DNA of 32,000 nucleotides from Nostoc punctiforme PCC 73102 (GTDB taxonomy: Bacteria; Cyanobacteriota; Cyanobacteriia; Cyanobacteriales; Nostocaceae), in assembly GCF_000020025.1 (NCBI RefSeq), contig NC_010632.1:222919-254918 (forward strand), given 5' to 3'. The notes under the pieces are model-generated. The model was not told where the DNA came from and ran no database searches. It was given only the letters and a program-made list of their open reading frames with translations. This document shows, one piece after another, positions 1 through 8,086 of the stretch (the first letter of the stretch is position 1; each line of letters begins with the position of its first letter). The translations under genes and the position numbers were made by a program.

Positions 1-1028
1 TCGTAGGATTTTTTCGCTAGTTTTGGCATATTTATACTTGTGAAATCATGCCCTGTTGCTTTTACTTGCTGTTCAATTGCTTTTATTTCTTTTGAATTAT
101 CATAAAAAGCAAATTGTTCCGCCTCTCCGTAAAACGAATTTTTTACTATTATATAATCCACTCGATCACCGCAGAAACTATATAGTTCTAGTAGTTGAGT
201 TATACAATCAATTATTGTGCTAATAACTACTACTATCGTCACCCGCATTTTACATTTATTATTTACTACATCTAAAAACCCCATCTCGGTTATTAAAATT
301 TTTAAAGTTGGCAGAAATTGTGATGGTGTTTCTAGTAGTATCAAAGATTTTTCCTCTTGATTTTTCCCAGATTCTTTTGATTTGGGATACACTAATTCTT
401 TTAAATTATCTACAAATTCGTCTAATTTATCTGAGTTAGATATATCTAAACGATGAATATTTGCAGCTTTTTCATAAAATCTGATCAAGTGTGGATTAGA
501 ATTATCCGCGTCTAACCCGACAAAGTTTACTGCGTTATCTATGTAAGTTTGCGCTAAACCTCTGGCAAAGGTTGACTTACCAACACCTCCTTTATCTCCT
601 GTCACCATTACTAATCTTCTTAGTTGTTCTGGATTATCTTTATTCTTGTTATTCTTATTATTACTTTCGGATACTGGATTATTAGACTGTGTATTAATAG
701 TCTTTTCTTCTATCGTATTGTTAAGTGCTATATTGTCGGTCACTGGGCTGTATAACTCTGTATTACTAGTCTTTTCTTCTATCGTATTGTTAAGTGCTAT
801 ATTGTCGGGTGTTAGGCTGTCTAGCTCTGTATTACTAGTCTTTTCTTCTGTCACATTGTTGGGTGGTACATTGTCGGGTGCTGTGCTATCGGGATCTGTA
901 TTACTAGTGTTTTCTTCTATCGCATTGTTGGGTGCTATATTGTTAAACTGTGTATTAGTAAAGGGTTGATCTGCCAAATTGTTGCCAGTATTTCGGTTAT
1001 TATCGTTGGCTATCTTAATAGTCATCAT
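1..1028 (-). CDS. ParA/MinD-type P-loop ATPase (deviant Walker A) with an N-terminal 23-aa tandem-repeat extension. The 3' end runs off the left edge of the window.
   Basis: Missing from the ORF track because no stop lies inside the window. The reverse complement from the ATG at 1028-1026 reads stop-free to position 1: MMTIKIANDNN...(4 x DNIALNNTIEEKTSNTEL-like units)...RRLVMVTGDKGGVGKSTFARGLAQTYIDNAVNFVGLDADNSNPHL... KGGVGKST (570-593) is the deviant Walker A of ParA/MinD/VirC1-type ATPases. Confidence 0.75.
   Translation of the reverse strand, partial: MMTIKIANDNNRNTGNNLADQPFTNTQFNNIAPNNAIEENTSNTDPDSTAPDNVPPNNVTEEKTSNTELDSLTPDNIALNNTIEEKTSNTELYSPVTDNIALNNTIEEKTINTQSNNPVSESNNKNNKNKDNPEQLRRLVMVTGDKGGVGKSTFARGLAQTYIDNAVNFVGLDADNSNPHLIRFYEKAANIHRLDISNSDKLDEFVDNLKELVYPKSKESGKNQEEKSLILLETPSQFLPTLKILITEMGFLDVVNNKCKMRVTIVVVISTIIDCITQLLELYSFCGDRVDYIIVKNSFYGEAEQFAFYDNSKEIKAIEQQVKATGHDFTSINMPKLAKKSY
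690..965. repeat. Tandem repeat with a 69-bp period, 4 full units plus a partial fifth, lying inside the ParA-like CDS
   Basis: The anchor tgtatta(a/c)tag recurs at 690, 759, 828 and 897 (exactly 69 bp apart), with a partial copy at 951. Units 1 and 2 share long identical runs (tcttttcttctatcgtattgttaagtgctatattgtcgg). The period of 23 codons keeps the minus-strand frame. Confidence 0.9.
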
Positions 1029-1058
1029 TCTTCTTCCTTTTGATATTGACTAATTGTT

Positions 1059-1385
1059 TTACAGATACTGTCTTTGAAATATCGGTCGGATTTTAATTCG
1101 TACCCAATGCACAAATTTATTAATCAAGTCTGCTTTTACAATCGTCTTCAAGCTATTGATGGCTGTAAAATTTAAAGTTTTTATTTTTACTACCTCTTCT
1201 TCAATAACTACATAACGTTCTTGACTGTGAATGTTCATCAGTATTACCTTTTCGTTATTTAGTTCTGCTGCAACGACGTTGAACACATCTTCGGCAAATA
1301 TCTCTAGCCCTAATGGGGTAGAGATTACTCGCACCGTGCTACCCAAAGGGTGATCAAATTCCCAATATGTCCATACTCTTCCCAT
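1059..1385 (-). CDS. Hypothetical 108-aa protein between the DUF192 and ParA-like genes
   Basis: ORF co-directional with its neighbours, ending 30 bp upstream of the ParA-like start. No recognisable motif. Confidence 0.45.
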   Translation of the reverse strand: MGRVWTYWEFDHPLGSTVRVISTPLGLEIFAEDVFNVVAAELNNEKVILMNIHSQERYVVIEEEVVKIKTLNFTAINSLKTIVKADLINKFVHWVRIKIRPIFQRQYL

Positions 1386-1962
1386 AAATAGATTGCCATA
1401 TTTGATTCAACACACGAAGCTATTTAGGTACTGTTTTTTTCAGTACTATGGTTTCTTGATTTTTCAAAAATACGTTATACAATTACTAGCGATTCTTTTT
1501 GGTTTTCAAAGGATTGCTGCTATCAACACCAATATTATTCTTTGGCTGATGATAACGGTTGAATGTTAAGCCGATCACCAACCTTGATATTGGCAGTGCC
1601 TGTTGCTAGCTCTAGCACTTGATTGGCAACTTTCCCCTTGTAGATGGGGCAAGGGTTTTTGTAGCACGGTTTGGCATTGTAAACCGCAGTTGTCACCACA
1701 TTGTCCTTAAGATAAAAGATGTCTAATGGAAAATTTACCTTGTACATCCAAAAAGGCACGTTGTAAATTTCTCCTCCCAGGTTGAATAACATCCCGCTAT
1801 CACCGTTTAAGGATGAGCGAAATTTCAGCCCTTTCTCTAATTGCTCTGGTGTAGAGGCGATTGAGAGCTTAAATGTGCGATTGCCTTTCGTGAGAATGTG
1901 CGTAACTGGTAAATCCTGGGGACGAGTTTGGGCGTAACCCAGCGCCACAGTGCCAATGATAA

Positions 1963-2967
1963 TAGACTTGTCGGGAAATAAGAGAGAATAGACAGCAGTG
2001 GTAGGGAAGAATGATGCTGAATATTGAAGGTGCGCTGAAGCAAGACCGACTGTTGAGGGCATTAACTGGGTTGAACCGGAAAGCATTTGATGCCCTTTTG
2101 CCCACGTTTACCACGATGTACCTAGATACTCAACAGGCCAAGCCTCGTCAACGTGGCCTGGGTGGAGGACGCAAAGCCCGCTTACTTACAGCCCAAGACA
2201 AATTGTTTTTCATCCTTTTCTATTTCAAATGTTATCCGACCTTTGATGTGGCGGGACTGCTCTTTGATATGCATCGCTCCCAGGCACATGAGTGGATGCA
2301 TCGATTGCAGCCAATATTAGAAGCGGCTTTGGGACAGAAGATGGCGCTGCCGGAACGCCATCTCGAAAGCATTGAAGCATTTTTGTCACGCTTTCCAGGA
2401 GTGCAACGAGTGATGATTGATGGGACAGAACGCCCAATTGCGCGACCTCAAGAAAGAGAACAACAACAACAGAATTACTCCGGTAAAAAGAAACGTCATA
2501 CGCGTAAACACTTGGCGGCAGTTGATGAAACCAAACGGGTCTTGATCTTAAGCAAAGCACGAGAAGGCAAACTGCATGACAAACGTTTTCATGACGAAGA
2601 TGACATTGCAGGTAGTGTGCCTGATGAAATTCCGATTGAAGTAGACTCGGGCTTTCAGGGATTACAGAAGCAGTATGACAATCTCCATCTTCCTCACAAA
2701 AAGCCCAAAGGGGGCAAGTTAAGTGACCTTCAAAAAACGGAGAATCGTCAATTGAGTCAATCCCGTGTAGTTTGCGAAAATGCCTTTGCTGGTGTGAAGC
2801 GCTACAACGCCGCCAGTGTCATTTATCGTAATCGGATTGAAAACTTTGATGACCATTTGATGCTGACCGCAGCAGGATTATGGAACTTCTACTTGATGGC
2901 TGCTTAAGAGAATCCCAATTACAAGACCAGCATTGCCTCACTTATCTTTTATTTCCCGACAACTCTA
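1963..2967 (+). mobile_element. IS5 / PIF-Harbinger-like insertion sequence (~1.0 kb)
   Basis: Terminal inverted repeats are gaCttgtcgggaaataaGagaGaa (left, from 1965) and the reverse complement of ttAtcTtttatttcccgacaaCtc (right, to 2965). Flanking TA (1963-64 / 2966-67) or TAA (1960-62 / 2966-68) is a possible target duplication, so the exact ends are uncertain by 2-3 bp. It carries one DDE_Tnp_4-type transposase ORF. Confidence 0.8.
2011..2907 (+). CDS. DDE transposase, HTH_Tnp_4 + DDE_Tnp_4 type (IS5 family / Harbinger-like)
   Basis: 298 aa. Motifs: LTGLNRKAFDALLPTF (HTH), MIDGTERPIARP (first D), EVDSGFQGL (second D), VCENAFAGVKRY (E). Confidence 0.85.
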   Translation: MMLNIEGALKQDRLLRALTGLNRKAFDALLPTFTTMYLDTQQAKPRQRGLGGGRKARLLTAQDKLFFILFYFKCYPTFDVAGLLFDMHRSQAHEWMHRLQPILEAALGQKMALPERHLESIEAFLSRFPGVQRVMIDGTERPIARPQEREQQQQNYSGKKKRHTRKHLAAVDETKRVLILSKAREGKLHDKRFHDEDDIAGSVPDEIPIEVDSGFQGLQKQYDNLHLPHKKPKGGKLSDLQKTENRQLSQSRVVCENAFAGVKRYNAASVIYRNRIENFDDHLMLTAAGLWNFYLMAA

Positions 2968-3061
2968 ATTAATACTCCAGCAACAGGGCCTAGTATGTTC
3001 AATAACTTGAAAGCAGCAAGGTATAAATCTTTCTCGTTAGGAATTTTAAGAATTTGCATAA

Positions 3062-4684
3062 TTATCCAAAAATATCAACGTTGCCGAGACTATATATAGA
3101 TGAATCAATCGGGCTAGATGGAAGGCCATGCAAAGCCGCAATGTTACGCATACTTTCAACTCGGTCAGCTTCACGGATGGCCAGAGGATTCATACTCTGC
3201 CTTGCAGCCAGCAATGCCGACAATGTAATCTCAAGTGATGGCAGTTGTTGCAGGGGAGAAACATCGTCGCCAAACATTTCACAGAAAGTAGAGACGGCCG
3301 CACGTTCTACAATGGCTTGAATTTCCGCACCCACACATCGCTGCGTGGCTTTGAGTAACCTTTTCCATTCTTCTTCGGTGTACCCATCGCCCCCGTTACG
3401 AAAACGAGGATCGAATTTAGCGAGATGGATCTTGAAAATTGAGTGGCGTTCGCCGTAATTTGGGAGATCCACCTTGAAAATCTCGTCGAAGCGTCCGCTT
3501 CTGGTTAGCTCTGGTGGTAGCCATTGAATATTGTTAGCCGAAGCGATAATTAAAACCTCACTAGTACGCTCCTGCATCCAAGTTAAAAGCATTCCCGCTA
3601 GTCGTTTTGACAAATCATCATCCCCAGCAAATCCTTTGTCGAAGTCGTCCAAATACAGGATTACACGGTTAATTCGGTCTACGAGTGCGAGTAAATTCTT
3701 TAGCTTGTACTCAGCCAAATTACCGTAACTGCGGAAACTACCCCACTCCAAAATAATCAGAGGTAGCCCCAATTGTGCAGAACTTGCTTTAGCCGAGTAC
3801 GATTTTCCTGTCCCCGGTGGGCCGATTAGTAAAATCCCCTTGGGTAAACGAAGATTGTAAGCTTTAGCCAATGAGGATAGAAGGCGCTTATAAGTTTTAA
3901 ACGCTTGCTGGATAAGTTCTAAACCACCAATGGGTGTGCTTGGAGGTTGGAGAAATTGAATATTATAAATTCGCTTAAACAGTTCGATTTTGTAAGCGGA
4001 CAGTTTTTCTACTAACTCGTCCGGTGTAATTTCATGATTTGCGATTGCTTGTCTGATTCCATAGCCAATGTCTGCCAAGTACATACCTATTGAGGCGTTC
4101 GCTGTCGCATGAATATCGCTGCGGCTGTAATCAGGTAATACTTGGGCTAAGTAACTGCTTATTTCCTCTATAGCTGGCAGTTGTTGCACAATGGTAGGAA
4201 CTTCGGGGGCAATGTCAGATGACACGGTGGCGTTTGACCCTAAGAGAATCGCTGTCTTGTTAGCATTGCAATTGTACAGCTTTAGGTTAATGAGCGCTGA
4301 CTTAATCCACTCGGAAGTCAGAAAGAAATCGGGGTCAGTGGTAGACTCTCCCAGCCAGGGGAATATACCTTCTAGTATCAGGATTCCTGATAAATCAGTA
4401 GTTTTCCAGAATCGGAGAATTTCAAAGTAATGTTCGCGCCTGCTTTTGGCGATTGCTTGATACTGGTCAACTCTTTGTAAACTTAATCCCTCCTCATTAG
4501 TAGATAACTGCTGTAGTGCATCATCCTCCAGCGTCCACAGGTAACAGTTAATGTCCAGGCGCTGGCATTCACTGGCGAGATTTGTCAAAAGTTTGACCCT
4601 TTCTTGCAATGGAGACTCGACAGCAATCAGCTTATTGTTAAGCTTAATTAATCCAAATATTTGTTTAATTAACTCATTACTCAT
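3062..4684 (-). CDS. AAA+ ATPase of the classical AAA clade, with Ycf46-like architecture (unassigned N-terminal half plus one AAA module)
   Basis: Walker A is LLIGPPGTGKSY, Walker B is VILYLDDFDK, and the second region of homology / arginine finger area is ASANNIQWLPPELTRSGRFDEIF. The N-terminus (KLIAVESPLQERVKLLTNLA...CYLWTL) resembles cyanobacterial Ycf46-type proteins from memory. The stop TAA at 3064-3062 lies 2 nt before the DUF192 ATG. Confidence 0.85.
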   Translation of the reverse strand: MSNELIKQIFGLIKLNNKLIAVESPLQERVKLLTNLASECQRLDINCYLWTLEDDALQQLSTNEEGLSLQRVDQYQAIAKSRREHYFEILRFWKTTDLSGILILEGIFPWLGESTTDPDFFLTSEWIKSALINLKLYNCNANKTAILLGSNATVSSDIAPEVPTIVQQLPAIEEISSYLAQVLPDYSRSDIHATANASIGMYLADIGYGIRQAIANHEITPDELVEKLSAYKIELFKRIYNIQFLQPPSTPIGGLELIQQAFKTYKRLLSSLAKAYNLRLPKGILLIGPPGTGKSYSAKASSAQLGLPLIILEWGSFRSYGNLAEYKLKNLLALVDRINRVILYLDDFDKGFAGDDDLSKRLAGMLLTWMQERTSEVLIIASANNIQWLPPELTRSGRFDEIFKVDLPNYGERHSIFKIHLAKFDPRFRNGGDGYTEEEWKRLLKATQRCVGAEIQAIVERAAVSTFCEMFGDDVSPLQQLPSLEITLSALLAARQSMNPLAIREADRVESMRNIAALHGLPSSPIDSSIYSLGNVDIFG

Positions 4685-4791
4685 CAGGATTTTAACTAAT
4701 TTTCACCCCAATATTATTGATAGCTAAAACTCTTTACTAGCTACTTTGGTACTGAAAAAATCGGTACTAGAGTAGCTTGACTTTTTTGCAA

Positions 4792-6498
4792 CTATAGCTC
4801 TAATTCCTCGTGGTTTTGTTGTGAATAACGTTGTTGCAATTGATGGGAAAAAGTGATTAACTGCGTATTCCAATCCCGACTTTCGCATTTGAGTTGAGTC
4901 GAGTGTGGCAGCAGTTCTTTAACAGCCCGTGCCACTGTTGGTTGACTAAAAGCTACCTGTACATAAGGAACATTACGTAATCTTTCAACAGGTAAATTTG
5001 AAGTGTCATCTACTGCCATGTAAACTGTTCTGTTTTCTGGTATTCCTTTAACCTGATATTCCAGCATGGCTACTGAAATGGTGTCAATGGGAGAGTCAGA
5101 CAGTACGACAGTACTAGTTTGTTCGCTAGGCTTTTTCCCCAAAGTAAAGTAAAACCAGCTATCACGGCGAACTGTACCTAACTCATAACCAGAGAAATTA
5201 TTAGCTGCCCCTTCTAAAAATGCTCCTTTGGTTTTTCCGTTGAGATCCCGCATCACAAAAACTACATTTGCTTTTGAGTCGGCATAAACTAGCCCCTGGT
5301 TATGTAACATTTGTACGCAATCAGAAGGTATGCCTCGTTTCTGTTTGAGGTAATGTTCAACGACTGACCAGTTAGCTTTATCCTCAACGGGTAGCGTAAA
5401 TTGGGGTGCTGGTTGAGTTTGGATAATGTCCGCCGCAACTTTTTGAGCATGAGCGATCGCTGCACGTTGGCCCCCAGCTTCACCAAATCTTTCCCCGATC
5501 CATGCGATTGCAGTTGTTTGGTTGCATTGATTAACGTGCTTGACTAAATCAATAGCACTGTTACCCGTTAACGAAGAACCATTGCCAAAGTCAGTAAATT
5601 GAGAGGCATCTATATTAATGATGTGGTTTCCTCCTACCCATTCATTCCCTTTACGCCACAGTCCCAACTCCCAAGCAACATCATCTAAAGCTAAATCAGT
5701 TGACCATTCGGTAAGTTTTTTTATTGATTGATTATCTTGCTCCAATTGCTCTATCCGCCGCCGTAACTGTTCATTGTCAAGTGCAAGAGCTTTGGCTGTA
5801 GCTTCCATCTCTTCCTTACGCTGATTCGCCCTGTCTCGGTCGGCAGCTTTGGCCTTCAATTGCGCTGCACTTAGCTCATCAACTTCTAAATCGCGCCCCT
5901 CCTCCACAATCCGGTAAAAGTCTTTGATGTCCTGGTGCTTTGCTCTGCTTCCCTTGATACCGCGCTCTAGTTCAATTAGCCGCATTGTCTGGTAGTACGA
6001 ATTCTGAAATTCATGAATTTTCTGCCGCCCGTCAAAGAAATGATTGCACCGTAGCTGTCCCTCATCATCCAAAGGCACAAAATAAGCGTGAATATGGGGT
6101 GTGGCTTCATCCAGGTGTAACTCGGCGCGGACAATGCGATTGCCATATTCATCCGCTAACCATTGGTGAGTCGCTTCTAGCCAATCATCCAACTTTTGTG
6201 GTTCATAGTAACCGGCTTGGGTGGGGCAGTCGGGACGGAAATAACTGGGCGATGCACTCAACAGTAACTCCACGCAGTACACCGCATCAGTGCGAATCTT
6301 CCGCTTCTGCTCCGAGTCCCCTATCTTGGCTAAGACTAAATCCTCTAGTCGTTCCTCTGGGTTGAGGCTACCGATGAACCGAATATTTTTTTGAGTGGGA
6401 TCTGCATTAGGGGTTTCTCTTTCTCGTGCAGTGTGAGATGCACTCCCTGATATGTTACCCCGCTTTAATTTTTTTAATCGCGCGATCGCGTATGCCAT
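4792..6498 (-). CDS. MobV (Mob_Pre) family relaxase fused to a C-terminal DUF3991/Toprim primase-like region
   Basis: The N-terminus MAYAIARLKKLKRGNISGSASHTARE has the HxxR motif. HLDEATPHIH (6088-6117) is the MobV HxDE..PHxH metal motif. A coiled-coil linker covers aa ~200-260. It is followed by GNSAIDLVKHVNQCNQTTAIAWIGERFG, WSVVEHYLKQKRGIPSDCVQMLHNQGLVYADSKANVVFVMRD (DUF3991-like) and TVVLSDSPIDTISV...VYMAVDDT (Toprim-like). Confidence 0.85.
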   Translation of the reverse strand: MAYAIARLKKLKRGNISGSASHTARERETPNADPTQKNIRFIGSLNPEERLEDLVLAKIGDSEQKRKIRTDAVYCVELLLSASPSYFRPDCPTQAGYYEPQKLDDWLEATHQWLADEYGNRIVRAELHLDEATPHIHAYFVPLDDEGQLRCNHFFDGRQKIHEFQNSYYQTMRLIELERGIKGSRAKHQDIKDFYRIVEEGRDLEVDELSAAQLKAKAADRDRANQRKEEMEATAKALALDNEQLRRRIEQLEQDNQSIKKLTEWSTDLALDDVAWELGLWRKGNEWVGGNHIINIDASQFTDFGNGSSLTGNSAIDLVKHVNQCNQTTAIAWIGERFGEAGGQRAAIAHAQKVAADIIQTQPAPQFTLPVEDKANWSVVEHYLKQKRGIPSDCVQMLHNQGLVYADSKANVVFVMRDLNGKTKGAFLEGAANNFSGYELGTVRRDSWFYFTLGKKPSEQTSTVVLSDSPIDTISVAMLEYQVKGIPENRTVYMAVDDTSNLPVERLRNVPYVQVAFSQPTVARAVKELLPHSTQLKCESRDWNTQLITFSHQLQQRYSQQNHEELEL

Positions 6499-7041
6499 TT
6501 TTTATCTAAACTAAAATTTGGAAATACAAGTTTTTGGGCTGACTGACTGAGAAACAAATATCACTCAAATTATTGCTGTTTTTTCTCGGTTTCACGCCTA
6601 TTTTAAAGCCAAATCGCTCAAATACGAAAATGGGGAAATAACCGTAGTAAGTACGACTATCTTAAGCCACCTACAGCAGTTCTGAGGCATTCCACAGGCA
6701 ATTCTCCCGCTATCCCCAAGATTCCCTTAGTAGCATAGTCACTCTTGACACAATTTCAGCCTAAGTAGGCAACATCCGGCTTTCTGTGATTTGGACTAAA
6801 AAACTACGCAATAGCAAGGCTTTCGGGCTGTTTAACTGTCAATAAGGCTTGATTAATGAGAATTAATGGACTGCTCACAGAATTTTTCGAGAATTACTCA
6901 AGAATAAAATGGTTGACAACGGAATTTTTTAGCAGTCCCTCGAAGTTAATCAGCGCTAAATTGTAATTTTTAGTAGTGTTTCGTAGCACAAACAGAAAAA
7001 AAACTGTTTTTTGAAGTACAAAAACAATACTTTTGTAGTAG

Positions 7042-7075
7042 GTATTCTCAATAATTTCAAGCCTATTGAGAATAC
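7042..7075. repeat. Perfect 12-bp inverted repeat (hairpin with a 10-nt loop) in the non-coding region
   Basis: gtattctcaata (7042-7053) / tattgagaatac (7064-7075). Confidence 0.8.
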
Positions 7076-7145
7076 AAGAAACTGGACAAATCGCCTCAAA
7101 GCTTTTTGGAGTAAGTTATAGAGGGCAATTTTTCAAAAAAGCGAT

Positions 7146-7288
7146 GTGCAAAATAGCAGACATTTTGTACCTGATTATGAACATTTGATGACAGATATAG
7201 CAGTTAAAGGCGTGTATAAGCGGTGCAAAATAGCAGACATTTTGTATATAAATAGGGGTTTTATGTGCAAAATGTCTGCTATTTGTAA
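7146..7288. repeat. Three copies of a ~24-bp element (two direct and identical, one inverted). Candidate protein-binding iterons, centromere or operator.
   Basis: gtgcaaaatagcagacattttgta occurs at 7146-7169 and 7223-7246 (24/24 identical). gtgcaaaatgtctgctatttgtaa at 7265-7288 carries the 11-bp core atagcagacat inverted. Half-site-like pieces (acatttg, atagcag, acattttg) lie at ~7181-7204 and 7302-7309. Confidence 0.8.
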
Positions 7289-7585
7289 CTGTGATTAGTA
7301 ATACATTTTGACCACGTAAAAGCAAATAAAACCCCGGTAAATTAGTAGGGATTTAAAAAATGAGGGACTAAGTGAAGGATTAGAAGAAAAAATGCGGTGT
7401 TGTATGTGCATTCATTATTAAGTAAATACTTTATTTAGGCAGACAATATAAATTTCAGAAGCCAAAATATTAAATTTAGTTAAGTTAGGCAGTATCAAAG
7501 TAAAAATAAAAAAACTGGGCGATAAAAATTAGTGTAATAATTTTAAGAAAGCGCGTTACGCTAATCAGAATTTTAGTCAAAAAAA

Positions 7586-8086
7586 ATGAATGATTCTAGA
7601 TATAGAGTAGTGTCATTTAGAAGACCGAGTGACAGTGCAGATGCAGAAGTAATTGATTACTTGAGGTCAAAGCCTTTAAATTTGAAGGAAGATTATTCGG
7701 AAACAATTACATCGACACTAAAAAAACACTGGCTACCTCTAGCCTTGTTTTCTTCGGGGCTGAGGGGAGAAGAATTAAGACAGATTGGCATTTGGGCAAT
7801 TAGTCAACTAGAAGCACAAATTAGTATGATTCGGAGAACTTGCGGGATAGCACCAGATCCACTAGTGGTGACATCAAATATATCAATGCAAGCATCAAAC
7901 ATAGTGGCATCAGATAGTCTATCTGTCTTAGGGATTACTTCAGGAGATGGGCAAATAAGTTCTACTGATGAGGAAGATGAAGACCATGAAGATGACGATG
8001 ACGATGAATTTCTTTCCTCGCAAAACTTTCAAGAGATGACCGACATTAAGCGGATGTTTGGCTGGAACAACCAGAACGGGGGCTGA
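7586..8086 (+). CDS. Hypothetical 166-aa protein with a poly-acidic C-terminal tail, possibly a DNA-binding adaptor for the downstream actin-like ATPase
   Basis: The ORF ends 2 nt before the next start (8089). The N-terminus YRVVSFRRPSDSADAEVIDYL could be a ribbon-helix-helix strand plus helix (weak). The tail is DEEDEDHEDDDDDEF. Confidence 0.55.
   Translation: MNDSRYRVVSFRRPSDSADAEVIDYLRSKPLNLKEDYSETITSTLKKHWLPLALFSSGLRGEELRQIGIWAISQLEAQISMIRRTCGIAPDPLVVTSNISMQASNIVASDSLSVLGITSGDGQISSTDEEDEDHEDDDDDEFLSSQNFQEMTDIKRMFGWNNQNGG

Larger units (their letters stand above)
1535..3059 (-). pseudogene. DUF192-family secreted protein gene split by an IS insertion (exons 3059-2968 and 1962-1535)
   Basis: The 1535-2086 ORF contains DUF192-like sequence (GLKFRSSLNGDSGMLF...VPFWMYKVNFPLDIFYL...KPC...CPIY...VLELATG), but its first ~41 codons are IS sequence. 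On the other side of the IS, the minus strand from ATG 3059-3057 reads MQILKIPNEKDLYLAAFKLLNILGPVAGVLI (signal/TM-like). This joins in frame to IIGTVALGYAQTRPQ... once the IS and one target-duplication copy are removed. Confidence 0.75.

Noticed and set aside
646-969. 107-aa + strand ORF (L/S/V-rich repeats)
   Set aside because: It is the antisense shadow of the 69-bp tandem repeat inside the minus-strand ParA-like CDS. It is low-complexity, has a TTG start, and the opposite strand has clear Walker A continuity.
1837-2560. Minus-strand ORFs 1837-2043, 1869-2114 and 2225-2560
   Set aside because: These are alternative-frame or antisense ORFs overlapping the DUF192 body or the IS transposase gene. 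They have no motifs, and better-supported genes explain them.
3054-4430. + strand ORFs 3054-3320, 3531-3728 and 4191-4430
   Set aside because: All are antisense to the well-supported AAA+ ATPase gene.
6755-6790. TTGACA hexamer as a promoter -35 element for a + strand transcript
   Set aside because: No acceptable -10 hexamer lies at 16-18 bp spacing, so it is not reportable as a promoter.
7116-7325. 69-aa minus-strand ORF over the 24-bp repeats. I also considered whether the repeats could be a mini-CRISPR array.
   Set aside because: The ORF is Cys/His/Ile-rich nonsense generated by the repeats. The repeats are not a CRISPR array because there are only three copies, the spacing is unequal (77 and 42 bp), one copy is inverted, and there are no cas genes.
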